The notes beneath the pieces are model-generated. The model saw only the letters and a list, made by a program, of their open reading frames with translations, did not search any database and was not told the origin of the DNA. Made by a program: the position numbers and the translations under genes. A DNA stretch of 64,000 bases, taken from Felis catus (lineage: Eukaryota). Each line of letters opens with the position of its first letter. Positions within the stretch are counted from its first letter, which is position 1. The stretch spans positions 57,786,001 through 57,850,000 of the forward strand of contig NC_058368.1 of NCBI RefSeq assembly GCF_018350175.1, read 5' to 3'. Positions 13,182 through 26,837 of the stretch are shown in pieces.

Positions 13182-13517
13182 GGGCACCTGGGTCAGCTAA
13201 GCCTCTCACTCTTGATTTAGGCTCAGGTCATGATCTCACAGTTGTGAGACTGATCCCCATGTGGGGCTCCACACTGGGCGTGGAACCTGCTTAAAATCTC
13301 TCTTTCTCTTTCCTTTCTCTTTCCTTTCTCTTTCTCTTTCTCTTTCTCTTTCTCTTTCTCTTTCTTTTTCTTTTTCTTTTTCTTTTTCTTTTTCTTTCTT
13401 TTTCTTTTTCTTTTTCTTTTTCTTTTTCTTTCTTTTTCTTTCTTTCTTTCTTTCTTTCTTTTTTTCTTTCCTTTCTTTCTTTCTTTCTCTCTCTCTCTCT
13501 CTCAAAAAAAAAAAAAA
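13182..13517 (+). mobile_element. CanSINE with greatly expanded pyrimidine microsatellite
   Basis: TSD AAAGT[G/A]GATTTGAG at 13168-13181 and 13515-13528; C/T-only tract at ~13298-13503. Confidence 0.92.
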
Positions 13518-14729
13518 GTAGATTTGAGAATACAGAGAAAAGCAGGTATTTAGGCTGCCTCAGATTCTCAGATTACTGGTTGATAATTGAGTGAATAACT
13601 GTGTCTTTTATTTCGTCTACTGAGAGGGACAAAGTTTATTTTAAATAATTGGCATTTGAAGTACGTAAAAGGCATACAGGAAATCTATTGGAATTTGGAA
13701 ACAGGACTTATATTTTGGTCTGGCTCTTTCTAAATGGAAACCTTAAGCAATTTTAGTTTCACCTCTCATACTTTAACCTGTAGTATGTATAAAACAAATG
13801 TGATAAAATTGTTGTGAGAATGGTACATGCATGGTATGATGCCTGGGCATAGTAGAGGCTTTACAAGTGATAGATGATAAGGAAAACTATTATCAACACC
13901 TAATGGGATGTACATGGCATTTTAGGATACTTTCTTGGGTTTAGAAACAATTTCTGTGATAGGTGGCAGTTTGTAGCCTAGAGCAGATATACATCTTCAA
14001 GATCTGGAACAGTTAAGTTTATTGTTATATAGCCACAGGTGATCAATGCCCTAGCAACTGTGAACATGAATGTAATAAGAATATAGCTAAATCATGAGAA
14101 GTGTTCTTTAAAAAGCTCATCATTTTGTAGGGGGAAGATATACCTGACTTCAGCAGCTTCTATTTAAACTGATTAAAAAAAATAAGCAAGCAGATTATAC
14201 TTTTCTCATGATTTATTTTTAGATTATCCCAATCTTCCCAATTTCTTTTAGTTGTTGTTGATTCCAACACTTGATTCTCACAATTTGAGGTCCATATCAA
14301 AGTTATGGGACAGCTGTGCTACACATAATTTTCAGATACATCTTAAATGTTAAAATATGCTTGGAAATCGAATTAGCAAATGTATCTCATTTTCAAGGCA
14401 ATGTTATACAGACAAACAAAAACACTTTTGTAAAAAGTTCAAATTTAAAGCCAAAATGTTAAATACCAGTGGAAACATTTAAAAAATAAAAGAAAATATT
14501 CTACCTATTTTTCTAAAGACTAGCTGTATTTTTCATAGGCCAGGTAGATTTAAGAAAGGTACAATCCAAGGTTGGGAACAATCCCAAGTGAGGGAACTCT
14601 TTGATTCTGGAGATTTAAATTTGGACGGACTTCAGTGGCATTTTAGCACCATCCCAACATCACACAATTATTGTAAATTATCTTCTCTCTCTTCCTATCT
14701 TTACAAAAGACTGCATCCTCGTTTATGGC

Positions 14730-15550
14730 TTTTCTCTTTGTAGATGACTCAAAAACCTACATTTCCAACGCAGACTATTCCCCTGAATTACAGACTATAG
14801 TCAATTGCAGCCAGCTACCTCCACACCTGTATGCCTCAGCACACATTTATCCTCTAAACTGCGTCTCCCAAATAACTTAACAGGTGTGTGATACAACCTG
14901 CTTTCACCCATCAGAAACTTGATGACCATCTTAGGAACTCCTCTTCACCATAACACAGCCATCAATTATTGGCCAGGAACTTTTGATTCTACTGCCACAC
15001 CATTTAAAATATATTTTTCATTCTTTCTATTACTAGTTTCATGGATAAATTCCAGGGTCTTATATTTTATCCAAACTTTTCCCCTGCCTCAATTATTAGC
15101 CTTCCTCCATTCATGTTTCTGAAAATGTATCTTCTCTTATCAAAAACAAATTTTTGAAAACATAAATAATTATGTAATTTCCTACATTAAAACACATCAA
15201 TGGCATACAAATGTCTATAAGAATAGTCTTCAATATATCCTATATGGATTCCCAAGATTTAGCTCTTTCCTGTGTCTATGAGCTTTGTATCTTGCTAAAT
15301 TTCCATTCTATTTTGCTCTTCCCAACTACATAAAGTTCCCCAGCAACTTCAGATTCTGTCAAACCCTGTGATTTTTCTTGCTTCTAAAATTGTCCTGAGA
15401 TCATAATTCCTAACCTTGGCCCCTTCAGTAAAACTTTCTACTCTCTTATGTGTATCTCCCATGTTTCTCAAACATTATTTTCCATTATCAATTTGTTGTG
15501 CTGTTATTTGCTAATATACTTACTTTGCTTTACCAGATTGGATATCTTTA
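14730..15550 (+). mobile_element. LINE-2 fragment
   Basis: GATGACTCAAAAACCTACATTTCCAACGCAGACTATTCCCCTGAATTACAGACT resembles L2 consensus; ends approximate. Confidence 0.6.
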
Positions 15551-17222
15551 TGGTAATATGCTGATAAACAAACTCAGCTCCCAGCATCTACTGATAATAA
15601 TAATTACCACTTATTGAGTACCTATAATGAATCAGAAAATGTTGAGGAACTGTGACTATACTAACTTATCACTCTGTTACATGCAATTTATTAGATAAAA
15701 AGAGGTTAAAAAAATTAAGCTTCTTCATTGAATGAGTATCTATGCCGGAATTTGAACTGAAGCATACTGGCTCCAGAATTTGTAACTACCTCTCTTGCTG
15801 AAGCCAGTGATTATTGACTAGACGACTGAAATGTATCAACACCCTTGGTTTTGTGCAAGAGTCGATGGTTTTCGTTTTTACTTCAGATACATGTAAAAAG
15901 AAGTGAAATGTCACAAGTTCTCAGTTATTGTGATGATTATGTGAGTTAATTTCTGTGAACTACTTTGAACACTGTTTAGTATATATGTATTCAGTAAATT
16001 AGTTCTACTATCACATCTGCCATTTTTTTTGAGAACTTCCCATAAGCTAGGTGCTTTCAAAACCACTTTACATAGATTATCTATTTTTATCATTTTAGTA
16101 ACTTTGAAAGCTTGATATTATTTTCTCCTGTTCATCAGAGACAGAAGACTAAAACTTAAGTAATCATCAAATGTCACACATATAGTAAATGTTAGAGGCA
16201 AGGTTTTAACAAAGGTCTATCAGTATCTAAAACCCATGTTTCCTGTAGTTTAGATGATCCACTAAGAAATGTATGTGAAATTTCTGATTACATTATATTA
16301 TGTATCTGATAACATATATTATATACATATACATACATACATAAATACATATAGAGAGGGAAAGATAGAGAGAGAAATTGTTATTTAAAAATTTCATGTT
16401 ATGTCTTTTGCTTTATCATTTAACTTTGAGACAAATTCTATACTTTACCTGCTGATTTCTATATGCATCAGGGAAAATATGTTAACTATGGTGAAATAAT
16501 TGATATAATCTTTCATTTTAAAGTATTTTTTCTTTTTCATGTGAAAAAATTACTATCAACATACATTTAAAGTTTTTAAGTAGAAAAAATAACTGGAAAA
16601 ATATTCAATTTCAGAGAGTGAGCCCTGTTAGCATACTTGATTTTTCTGTTAACTATATTATCTTTGAAATATTATTTTAAAACTCTGAAAGTCTTATTAA
16701 ACTGAACACATAGAACTTCAGTTTCTATTTCCAGACCTAGATACCCCTCAACTGCTGTCATCATGCTGTTAATTGAATGTTTGTGTAAAGATGATAGCAT
16801 TTTCAACAGCAAGAGCAAAAACATTGTTTTCAACTCTTTGATTTTTGGTCTCTTCTTTTTTTGGACGTATCTAAAGCTGGTTATAACTTTATTTCTCAGT
16901 CTCTATTCACTTAATGTTGGCTTTGGCTTTCTATCTGACAACTTCACTTTGGTGTGTGCCACTGCTTGTCACTCTAATATGTTTTTCTTCAAACTTCAAA
17001 CACTGCAGCAGTCTCTCTAGCATCAATAATGAGAGAATGTTTTTAAAAATAGAGTTATAAAGAAAAATGAACAGGGCAAATTAACTCTGAAGAATGGAAT
17101 CTTCTTGACATGTATGTTCATCATTTTAAAAAGCTGATATCACACCAACAAATAATTACAGTGTAATAGGGAGAGTCAAACCTGTAGGAAGTGAAAAAAG
17201 ACTCAGTGAAAATATTAGGATA

Positions 17223-17635
17223 GAGGATTCTGGGAAAATAGCAGAATAGGAAGTGTCAAGAATACTCTCCATGGGTGTATCTGGGTGGCTCAGGCTTAGG
17301 GTAAGCATCTGACTCTTGATTTAGGCTCAGGTCTTATCTTAAGGTCCTGACATTAAGCCCCCTATTCCCCACACCAGGATCTGTGCTGGAACCTGCTTAA
17401 GATTCTCTCTCTCCCTTTCCCTTTGCCCCTCCCCTGCTCACATGTGCACTCTCCCTCAAAAATCAATCAATAAAATAAAATAAAATAAAATGAAATAAAG
17501 TAAGATAAAATAAAGAATACTCTCCATCTAAAGGACAATATGTGTGATGTAACTATTTTGGAACTCTAGAATCTATTGATGGCATGTAAGGGGAAGGTTT
17601 AGACACAAATAGTAGTTAATTTCTGTCAATTTCAT
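17223..17635 (+). mobile_element. Old L1M-type 5'-end fragment interrupted by a SINE
   Basis: GAGGATTCTGGGAAAATAGCAGAATAGGAAG...TGATGTAACTATTTTGGAACTCTAGAATCTATTGA resembles recalled L1M 5'UTR start. Confidence 0.65.
17273..17512 (+). mobile_element. CanSINE (SINEC_b-like) with (TAAAA)n tail
   Basis: 15-bp TSD AAGAATACTCTCCAT at 17258-17272 and 17513-17527. Confidence 0.93.
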
Positions 17636-17886
17636 GACTGAATCTCTCAAAAACCCCTGGACAACTAGGCTCAGGTGAATTGCTTGGCATCACTTCATAC
17701 ATTCTGCCATGCATAGCAGAAAATTGAGTGCATGTCTATGTTACTCCACTGGCAGAGGACACTGGAAAGCTTGCATCTCAGTTCCACTGACCTTCAACCC
17801 ATGTACCTCCACCTCTTCCCTTTGCTGATTTTAATCTGTATTATTTCAGTGTAATAAGCCATAACCATGGTTACAATAGCATTTTT

Positions 17887-18318
17887 TAAGTGTTTATTTA
17901 GGGGCACTGCGTGGCTCAGTTGGTTAAGCGTCCAACTTCAACTCAGGTCATGATCTCATGGCTCATGAGTTCAAGCCCCACGTCGGGCTCTGTGCTGGCA
18001 GCTCAGAGGCTGCAGCCTGCTGGGATTCTCTATCTCTGTCTCTCTCTGCCCCTCCTCTGCTTGTCCTCTCTCTCTCAAAAATAAATAAACATTAAAATAA
18101 AAATTTTAAATGTTTATTATTTATTTTGAGAGAAAGAGAGAGAGAGAGAGCAAGAGAAGGAGACAGAAAGGGAGGGACAGAGAGAGGGACAAAGAAAATT
18201 CCAATCAGGCTCTGTGCTGTCAGTGCAGACCCCAATGTGGGGCTTGATCCCTATGAACTGTGAGATCATGATCTGAGCCCCTATCAACAGCTCAACTGAC
18301 TGAGCCATCCGACGCCCC
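17887..18318 (-). mobile_element. CanSINE (outer), tail interrupted by another SINE
   Basis: TSD TACAATAGCATTTTT at 17872-17886 and 18319-18333. Confidence 0.92.
17901..18103 (+). mobile_element. CanSINE (inner), opposite orientation
   Basis: Complete head and tail; flanking duplicate TTTTAA[G/A]TGTTTATT at 17884-17898 and 18104-18118. Confidence 0.92.
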
Positions 18319-19961
18319 TACAATAGCATTTTTGAGCGTTAAGATTTCAGGTGATTATTGAGGCTACAGGTGATTTTAAAAATTCCCAAGGCAACAGGAT
18401 TTACATATTAACGGATTTTTTTCCCATGTCACTAAAAGACATAAGCCCCTCCATTCAATTTTCAATGGGTATTTAGTCAATGTGGTAAGTAAATCTAGAA
18501 GTAAATCTAAGTAAATCAAGTTGACCTATTATTGTTCTCTTCTCCTCAATGTAGCAAGAGTAGGTGAAGTGGTCCGGACTTGCCTTGTCACACTGTTAAT
18601 TTTCCTTTCTTGGAAAAATGTATCCCTTCGAATGACATTTTTCATTTGTGAGTAGGTATAAGACTTTCCTTAAGTTAAACATACACTATACATAACAATC
18701 AGGCTTCTATTGGAGCTGTGAATTGGAGGAAAAAGGGACCTTGAAAAAAGACTGTAAAAGGAGTATTTTGAATCTATTGTTTTACCTCATATGTATAGCT
18801 CATTGGTAACCTCAAGGAATAGAAGAGTAAATTTGCTGGGGACCATTTTGTTCTAAGATTCTTGGAAGCTATAACTTCAAGTAATACCAAACACTAAATT
18901 TTATAAATGACAAGACTTACAAAAATGCTTTAAGTCTTGCAAAATGAAAGAACAATGCTAACTAGTGCTAATTAATTGTAATAGGTATGTCAAATAGGGA
19001 AAGTACTCAGTAATTCTCTTTTAATTTTTTGGTCATGAGAACTAGTGACTCGGGTGGTCATGGTCTTTTTTTCTCCTCAGCCATTAATTTTTTGTGTCAT
19101 TAGGCAATTAACCTCTTTGTACTTCAGATTTTCCATCTGCTTGGTAATAATGTTGATTTCACAGGAATGTTATGACAAACAGTGTTACATTTTAGGACAT
19201 CATTTCTTCCTGTTACTCTGGACTTAAATATTGCTCCTTACTCTCAGCCCCAGAAGCAAAAGGCATTGGTAAATTTTAGGGTGCTACTTAAATGTTTTTC
19301 TTTTGGGCTGTGTGTTGAAAAACAGGACTAAATAGTCAGATCTGTAGCAACAAATTTAGTTGTCTCTAAGTGGCAGTGCATGTATGACTGTTCCCTCTGT
19401 GAGGATGCCATACTTTATCTAGAAAGCACTTGTCTCAAAGCGAAGATCACACAATGTTAATCCTACTTTATGTAATAATAATAAATTATCTCTAGAAAAG
19501 CAAGGTTAATGTCAGTATCTCATAACTATCTTTTCTTACCAACTCCGATGGACAAAAATGCTAATACATGTCTCTTCTAAATACACAAATCTCAAATGAC
19601 TATCTGTCCACTTTTGGAAAGTTTATAGTCAGTTCATTATTAGTTACTTTGATGTCATTTTCTTTAATTTATTGATGTATCACCAGGTAATTTTCTCAAC
19701 TTATTTTCAAATGTGTGGTAGGCAATTCAAATTCTTGGAATGGATTCCATAGTATTATTATATCTGCTAACATCTTCCATTCAAAATTCAAAATTCAAAA
19801 TTTAACCTTAGTTAAACCTACCAAAGTGGAAAACAACATGCCCTAATAAAGAATTATTCTTTCATACATTCATAGTACATGGAGATACACACTCAAGCAA
19901 AGTGGAAATTTTATATTTACTTAAGTAATATTATCAAGTCAGATAGATATATTTCTCAAAT

Positions 19962-20155
19962 CAGCTCTTTTGAGGTATGATAAATTAAAAAAAACAAACA
20001 TATTTAATGTATACAATTTGATGAGTTTGGAGAGATGCATATACAATGAAACCATCATGACAGTCAATGTAATAAGCATACTGATCACTTGCAAATGTTT
20101 TCTCCTATTCCTTTGTTTTTGTTTTGTTTTGCTTCTGTGGTAAGAACACTTAACA
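19962..20155 (-). mobile_element. Old L1MA/L1MB 3'-end fragment
   Basis: TTGAGGTATGA...GTATACAATTTGATGAGTTTGG...GTGGTAAGAACACTTAACA. Confidence 0.7.
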
Positions 20156-20314
20156 ACTGAATATTTTATCCACTATGTTTGCTTTAGCTATTTATATTAA
20201 ACAAATTAATCTCTAGAACTTTACAAACACTTCAACTAAGAAATCAAAACCATTGTATTATGGTGGTCTATTTGGTGATTCCCATTTTGTGGTTTTCATC
20301 AGTAACATGCAATA

Positions 20315-20510
20315 ATGGTAATAATAGTGAATATTTATTCTGGGCTTAGTATAAGAGTGTACTTTCTTAACAGTAATGTATAAACTACGTTTATTCATAA
20401 CTCACAGGTGAGAAAGCAGAAGTCAAGAGCATACAACTAGTAAATAGCAGAAACCATACGCTTAGCTCAAGCCACTTGATTCTAGAGGTAGCACTCTGAA
20501 CCACTTACCC
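20315..20510 (-). mobile_element. MIR fragment
   Basis: ACAGGTGAGAAAGCAGAAG...ACAACTAGTAAATAGCAGAA resembles MIR core. Confidence 0.55.
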
Positions 20511-21359
20511 ATGTTTTCTTCCTATTTATCTACAAATCCTATGCCTCCTTCTTATTCATTATCAAATGAATGACTGACTTTCATAAGAACGGTATTAAAA
20601 ATAAAAATGTTCAATGTATTTTTAGGATAAACCATGGCCTGTTTGCATTATTTTATAAGACATTAATGCTATTATTCAACGTATTTTGTTTTGCATTCAT
20701 TGTTGTCATGCATGATGAAGAATGAGTATCCAATACTGAGAAATAGCCTAACTGGTTAAAAAGTTAATTGCAAAGTTATCAATTATATTTCCCATCTTGT
20801 CCCACTCATTGCATTTTTCATTCTTTCACCAATGTAATGAAATAAAAACACCAATATGTGCTAAGAATTCACTATTCATTATATTTAAGAACTATTACTT
20901 GTATTAATGTATTTAATGCTATTCATAACTCTGTGGGTAGGTATTATTTTTTTGCCCCCATTTCATAGACATGAGCAATGAAGAACAGAGAGGTACAATA
21001 AATTACCAAAGGTCATTTGGCTAAGAAAACAAAGAGGGAGTTTTGTATATAGTACATGTGCAAGCGAGTCCATCTTTTGCAGCTTTCTTAATGTTCACAG
21101 AAAAAGATAAAAGGAAAAAAAAGACCAAGAAACAGAAACCAAGGAACTGAAGATAATAAAAATATGCTATAAATAAATTTTAAAATATTTCATTTGAAAG
21201 GAAAAATTACACATAAACAATACATCTTTTTTAAAATTTAAAGAAATACTTGTTACCTTTGTGAAAAATGTTTTTATTTGCTAATGCTTTATTTCAAAAT
21301 GATTAATCATTTTGTTTAATAACTCACTGAAAACTTATTCAATTAAAAGATTTGTTTTC

Positions 21360-21539
21360 AGGGTGCCTAGGGGGTTCACTCAGTTAAGTATCTGACTCTT
21401 GATTTCAGCTTAAGTCATGATCTCATGATCCTGGGATTGAGAGCCACATCAGGCTCCGCACTGAGTATGGAGCATACTTAAGATATTCTCTCTCTCTCTC
21501 TCTCTTTGTGCCCCCTCCCTGCTCACTCTCTCTCTCTCA

Positions 21540-21579
<40 letters not shown>

Positions 21580-21580
21580 T
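21360..21580 (+). mobile_element. CanSINE with A/(TA)n tail
   Basis: Head GGGTGCCTAGGG, CT tract; TSD-like TTTGTTTTCA. Confidence 0.9.
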
Positions 21581-21730
21581 ACGTATTAGAAATATATGTT
21601 TTGTTTTCATTAAATAAGGTATACTTTATATGAAGACAATTTTCAAAATAATTGTACAGAATTTATTTTAAAATGCCTAAAATGCATGAACAATTATCAA
21701 AATCTTTACCCAAAACATCTGGGACTTTTT

Positions 21731-21952
21731 TATTTTTTAATTTTTTTTTCAACGTTTATTTATTTTTGGGACAGAGAGAGACAGAGCATGAACGGGGGAG
21801 GGGCAGAGAGAGAGGGAGACACAGAATCGGAAACAGGCTCCAGGCTCCGAGCCATCAGCCCAGAGCCTGACGCGGGGCTCGAACTCCCGGACAGCGAGAT
21901 CGTGACCTGGCTGAAGTCGGACGCTTAACCGACTGCGTCACCCAGGCGCCCC
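21731..21952 (-). mobile_element. Young SINEC_Fc-type SINE
   Basis: Perfect 15-bp TSD CATCTGGGACTTTTT at 21716-21730 and 21953-21967; CpG-rich body. Confidence 0.97.
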
Positions 21953-22222
21953 CATCTGGGACTTTTTAAGTCTCCTAAATTATTCCTTAAAATTTATTAC
22001 AATTTTCATTTAAGCACTATACTTATGAGCATCCATTTTCTTGTATTCTTACTATTCTGTAGTTTTGTAATGGATATATCAAACTTTAATACTTAAATTT
22101 GGAATAATGGAACTAATTATCTAACACTGACAACTTATTTGTCAATTGTGTTCCCTTTGTATACTTTATTTGACACCAAAGAGGAACAGGAGAAGCTAAG
22201 CGATAAAAAATAATACAAAACA

Positions 22223-22440
22223 GGGGTGCCTGGGTGGCTCAGTCGGTTGAGCCTCCGACTTTGGCTCAGGTCATTATCTCACTGTCTGTGACTTCGAGCC
22301 CTGCGTCAGGCTCTGTGCTGATAGCTCAGAGCCTGGAGCCTATTTCAGATTCTGTGTTTTCCTCTCTTTCTGCCTCTCCCCGACTCATGCTCTGTCTCTC
22401 TGTCTCTCTCTCTCTGTCAAAAATAAATAAACGTTAAATT
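22223..22440 (+). mobile_element. CanSINE
   Basis: GGGGTGCCTGGGTGGCTCAGTCGG head, CT tract, AATAAATAAACG; TSD-like CAAAACAG. Confidence 0.93.
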
Positions 22441-23007
22441 TTTTTTAAATATTTCAAAACAGATGCCATATTCCAATTTAGTACTTTAGTGAGAGAATAA
22501 GTTATGATTTAAAATTCTGATATCTCATTTACATGATAATGAAAGTGAAAGTAAGTTTTTATTAGTTCTTTCATATTGCAATAACTTTTCCCCCCTACAT
22601 AAATTTTTTACAAAGAAATCAGTAATATTGAATGTTCTTGTATTTCTTTTTAATGACACTGCTGATAAAGAGAGAAATGGCTAAATGCTCATGTTTACAA
22701 CTAAAGCTGTTTTTATTTATTATAGAAATGTACTCATGTCCCATGGATGTTACATGTGATTACAAGGTCAACTAAGAAAAATGAATTTCTTGTTTTACTC
22801 AGTAGTATGATAAAAGGATTTAAGGAATTGACGAATTGTATATTATGCTATTTCAAATTGTTAGGGTAAGAAGTTGGCAAGTACATAGAATTCGAAGATG
22901 CTGAAAGTTTGCATGCTAGAAAACCACATACATACACACACGCACATGCAATACACATTGAATGATATGCAGGTCTATTTAAACATACATCCAAGCTAAA
23001 ATGTACA

Positions 23008-23760
23008 CATTCATTCTTTCAGACATTCATTCAAAAGTATTTGAGTCCCTGAGAAGTGTTCACTCTACCAGTCAGCACTAAGAGGTATAATGTACAAAAC
23101 AGGCATGTTCAGAGAAAACTGCACAGTTCAATGGAAAGTTCATTAGGTGTCAAATATGGAAATATATGTATATCAGTCTCAGTAGTGGGTGCTGATTAAA
23201 AACTTTCTGAAAAAAATGAAATATGAAGCTGAGAGCTTTAACTATGTGAAGAGGAAGGAGATGAGTTCTCCAGGCAGAGCCAACACATTAGTATCCAGCA
23301 CTGAAGGTACCCTGACATTTTGGTGAAATTGAAAGAAGCACACACATTAGGCTGGCAATAAATATAAGGGAAAGTGGACAATGAATGGACTTCAAAAGTA
23401 AAGTTAAGGAATAGGACCGTACTCTAAGAAAACATGATGAACACTGAAGGAATGAAATAGGTAAGAAGATCAGATTTGCATTTTGAAAATTAATTTCAAC
23501 TATGGAGTGGGGGAATGGGTTTAGGAAAGAAGTATGGATGCTGGTGACCACTAATTGGTTGCATTTATCTAAAGGAATAATGAGAAAAATTCTGATTAAA
23601 ATGGTACCAGTGGAGAAGGAAATAAATGAAAATATTCTTTTACAGGATGGAATACACAGGGAGAGTCAATTATGGTCTCTAGTTTTTAGATTGATGAACT
23701 AGATAAATGATGCAAAAATCACTGGCAGAGTATAAACCAGGAGAAGACCATGTAGGACAA
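23008..23760 (-). mobile_element. LINE-2 3' fragment
   Basis: CATTCATTC terminal repeats followed by purine-rich L2-like body. Confidence 0.6.
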
Positions 23761-24150
23761 ATAGGTGGGAAATTAGGAGCCATATTATATTTATTTAATT
23801 ATCTGAAATATGTATGTATGTGAGAGTTTATTAATGAAGTTGAAAGCTGGTATATATGATAATCACTGCTGAGTTTAATGCCCTAATAAAGCAATGATAA
23901 ATTATTCAACTTACTTTGAAGCAATGTGCTGCAAATTAAATCAATCAAATTAGTTTTTTAGCTGAATTTATCAAATCCTTTAATTGTACACATGACTACT
24001 GTCTCCAACCACTAAAAAATAACAGATGATTTGGGAGACAGTTATTTATTAATGCATTTTATCTTTCTTAGAAGGTGAATTAAAATATATTATAACTAAT
24101 TATAGTGAATATTTCTAGATATACTATTAACAGCAATTAATAGATGCTGA

Positions 24151-24377
24151 TTTTAAAAAGTTTAATGTTTATTTTTGAGAAAGAGAGAAAAAGAGAGACA
24201 GAGAGAGAGTGAGAGCAGGGGAGGGGAAGAGAGAGAGAGGGAGACCCACAATCCGAAGCAGGCTCCAGACTCTGAGCTGCCAGCACAGAGCCCAATGTAG
24301 GGCTCCACCTTACAAACTGCGATATCATGACCTGAACCAATGTCAGATGCTTAACCGATCGAGCCACCCAGGCACCC
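24151..24377 (-). mobile_element. CanSINE
   Basis: Reverse body; TSD GATGCT[G/A]ATTTT. Confidence 0.93.
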
Positions 24378-25050
24378 TGATGCTAATTTTTTAAAAAATA
24401 CTTGATCTAAGTATTTACTGCCCTAAAACTGGGAAAATATCTTCCTTTCTAATTGTTTATAAAATTTGTATCAAATTTGCAAAGTTGATTATACACTAAG
24501 TCACTTGGAAATATTAATGAAGATTGACCTATTTTGTTAAAATTAATCTTCCTTCTTGGAGCAAAGTTAGTTTGTGATCACAAGTGACTCTTATCCTTTC
24601 CTAATAAATAGGACCTGCACAAAATATACTTTCTTTTCTGCACCACCATTTGATGTATAAGTGTAATGGTGAAAATGTATGAAAACATGTTATTTTATCA
24701 TTGTATTGCAGCTTCAAAGAAATTTTCTTTGAAAATTTATGGTAGATTATTTTCTGACCTGTAGGTCATAAACATTGGTTCATCATGGTGGTGTCTTTTA
24801 TTGGATTTGAATATCTCAAATAATGTACCACTTTTTTGTTCTTTTTCCAATCTCCTTTCTTTTCTTTTCTTTCTTATTCCTTTCCCTAATCCCCTCTCTG
24901 AAAATCATCCTAAAAATATCAAGATGTCTCTGGCCTCTCCAATGATTCCATGTATCTCACTCAAGCCCATCTTTCCCAGTGGGGAAAAAATATCATTTAC
25001 CAGTATTAAGGGTGAAGATTGGTTGAAGAGGATTCAAGTCAAAAGAAGTT

Positions 25051-25225
25051 GGGGCATCTTGGTGGGTCAGTCAGTTAAGTAACTGACTCTTGATTTTGGC
25101 TCAGGTCATCAAGTCCCGCATCAGGCTCTGCACTGATGCATGGAGCCTGCTTGAAATTCCCCTCTCTCTCTGCCCCTACCCTGCTCATGCTCTCTCTATG
25201 TCTCTCAAAATAAATAAATAAATAC
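25051..25225 (+). mobile_element. CanSINE with internal deletion
   Basis: Head and tail present, B-box region shortened; TSD AGTCAAA[A/G]GAAG. Confidence 0.88.
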
Positions 25226-25829
25226 ACTTTTTTTTAAACAGTCAAAGGAAGCAGTGAAATCTAGGAAGGGCAACCCTTCAGTAAATCTTTTAAAGGACTG
25301 AAATAAATGTACAATAAAGATCGGAAATAAAAATCACTTTTATGCTGATATTAAGATGTCAATGATTCAATTTTCATTGAAGATGCTTATGCTACATCAA
25401 ATTTTTGTAAAAAAATTCTTTTATATATTTATAGTTCTTAAGAGTGTAAGAAAACAAGGAATAAGTCAAGCTTGTATTTTAAGAATTCTTGGTCTAGATC
25501 AAAGACTTTCTGAGCAAGTGGACTACGAATATAACAATATTGAAACTGATACTAGTAACTTCTGCATCATAGTCACCACCTATAAAATGAATTTTTTATG
25601 AAATGAATGAAGAATGGTAATTATTTCTTTGACACAAAAACTGAAGTTGACTATCAATATTGCAGTTGATCAAAAAACACCCACAGTTTTTCAAAAAGTT
25701 CTCAAATTATCAATGAGAGAAGAGATTATTCGAATATAGAGTCAGATAAAACTATCAGGGTAGCTTGTAATTACCCCTCACAAATATTAAGAATAATATT
25801 GCATCAAACAATATTTTTCAACACAAAGC

Positions 25830-26450
25830 AGGAGAGAAAACACTTGCAAATCATATTTCCATCATGTATAAATAACCTACAACTCAATAATAAAAAGATA
25901 AATATTCAAGTTAAAAAATAGGCAAAGGATTTGAAAAGACACTTCTTCAAAGAATGTATAAAATGGCAAAGAAGGATATGAAAAGATGTTCAACATAATT
26001 AGTCACCAGGAAATTAAAAATGAAAACCACAATAAAATACCACTTTACATTCACTAGAATGGTTATTAAAAAAGAGAGAGAGGGAGGCAATAACAAATGT
26101 TGTTGAATCTCCAGAAAAATTGGAACCCTCATACTTTACTGGAATATATAAAATGCTACAATCACTTTGGAAACATGTAAATTAAATATAGAGTTACCAT
26201 CCAACCCAGCAATTTCATCCTTTGGTATAGCAGGAGAGAATCGAAAAGATACGTCCATGCCAAAAATTATGCATGAATATTCATAGCAATATTATTCATA
26301 AGAGCCAAAAGTGGCAACAACTCATATGTCCATCAACTGATGAATGGATGAAAATATGTGATACATCCACAAACTGGAATATTATTTGAAAATACAAAGG
26401 AATGAAGTACTGATTTATGGTACGACACCGAAAACCTCAGGAAAACACCA
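25830..26450 (+). mobile_element. Old L1 (L1MB/MC-type) ORF2 C-terminal fragment
   Basis: Degenerate homology to 3110-3760 of the window's L1. Confidence 0.85.
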
Positions 26451-26837
26451 AGCTAAGGCAGACTGGCAAGATGGTAGAGAGGGGGCCCCTAGGCTCGCCT
26501 CCTCCCACGAATACAACTAGACAGCACTCTCACATCAGCTTAAATATCCCAGAAACCCTGAAGACTGACAGAATGAACTCCACAACCAAAGGTAGAGAAG
26601 AGGCCATATCAAAAGGCAGAGACATGATTTGAGACCTAGAGGGACCATGGCTGTTTGTAGAAGGGAGAGAGACAGGAGTGTGGTGAAAGACGAGGAATAC
26701 ATGATCATACAAGGGACTCTGCATGATGAAGATGAACTCCAATAATATTTGACTTTGAAAGAAAGAGGGACTGAATTTCATGAGTTCTTACAGCTAATGG
26801 GATTTAAAGCCTAAAATTCTTAAAATCAATCAATCAA

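Larger units (their letters stand above)
17636..18396 (+). mobile_element. MER21-like LTR fragment interrupted by nested SINEs
   Basis: CCCTTTGCTGATTTTAATCTGTAT...GTAATAAGCCATAACCATG resembles MER21; sequence resumes after 18333. Confidence 0.7.

Noticed and set aside
25356..25601. 81-aa ORF / possible exon
   Set aside because: No recognisable homology; chance length in AT-rich DNA
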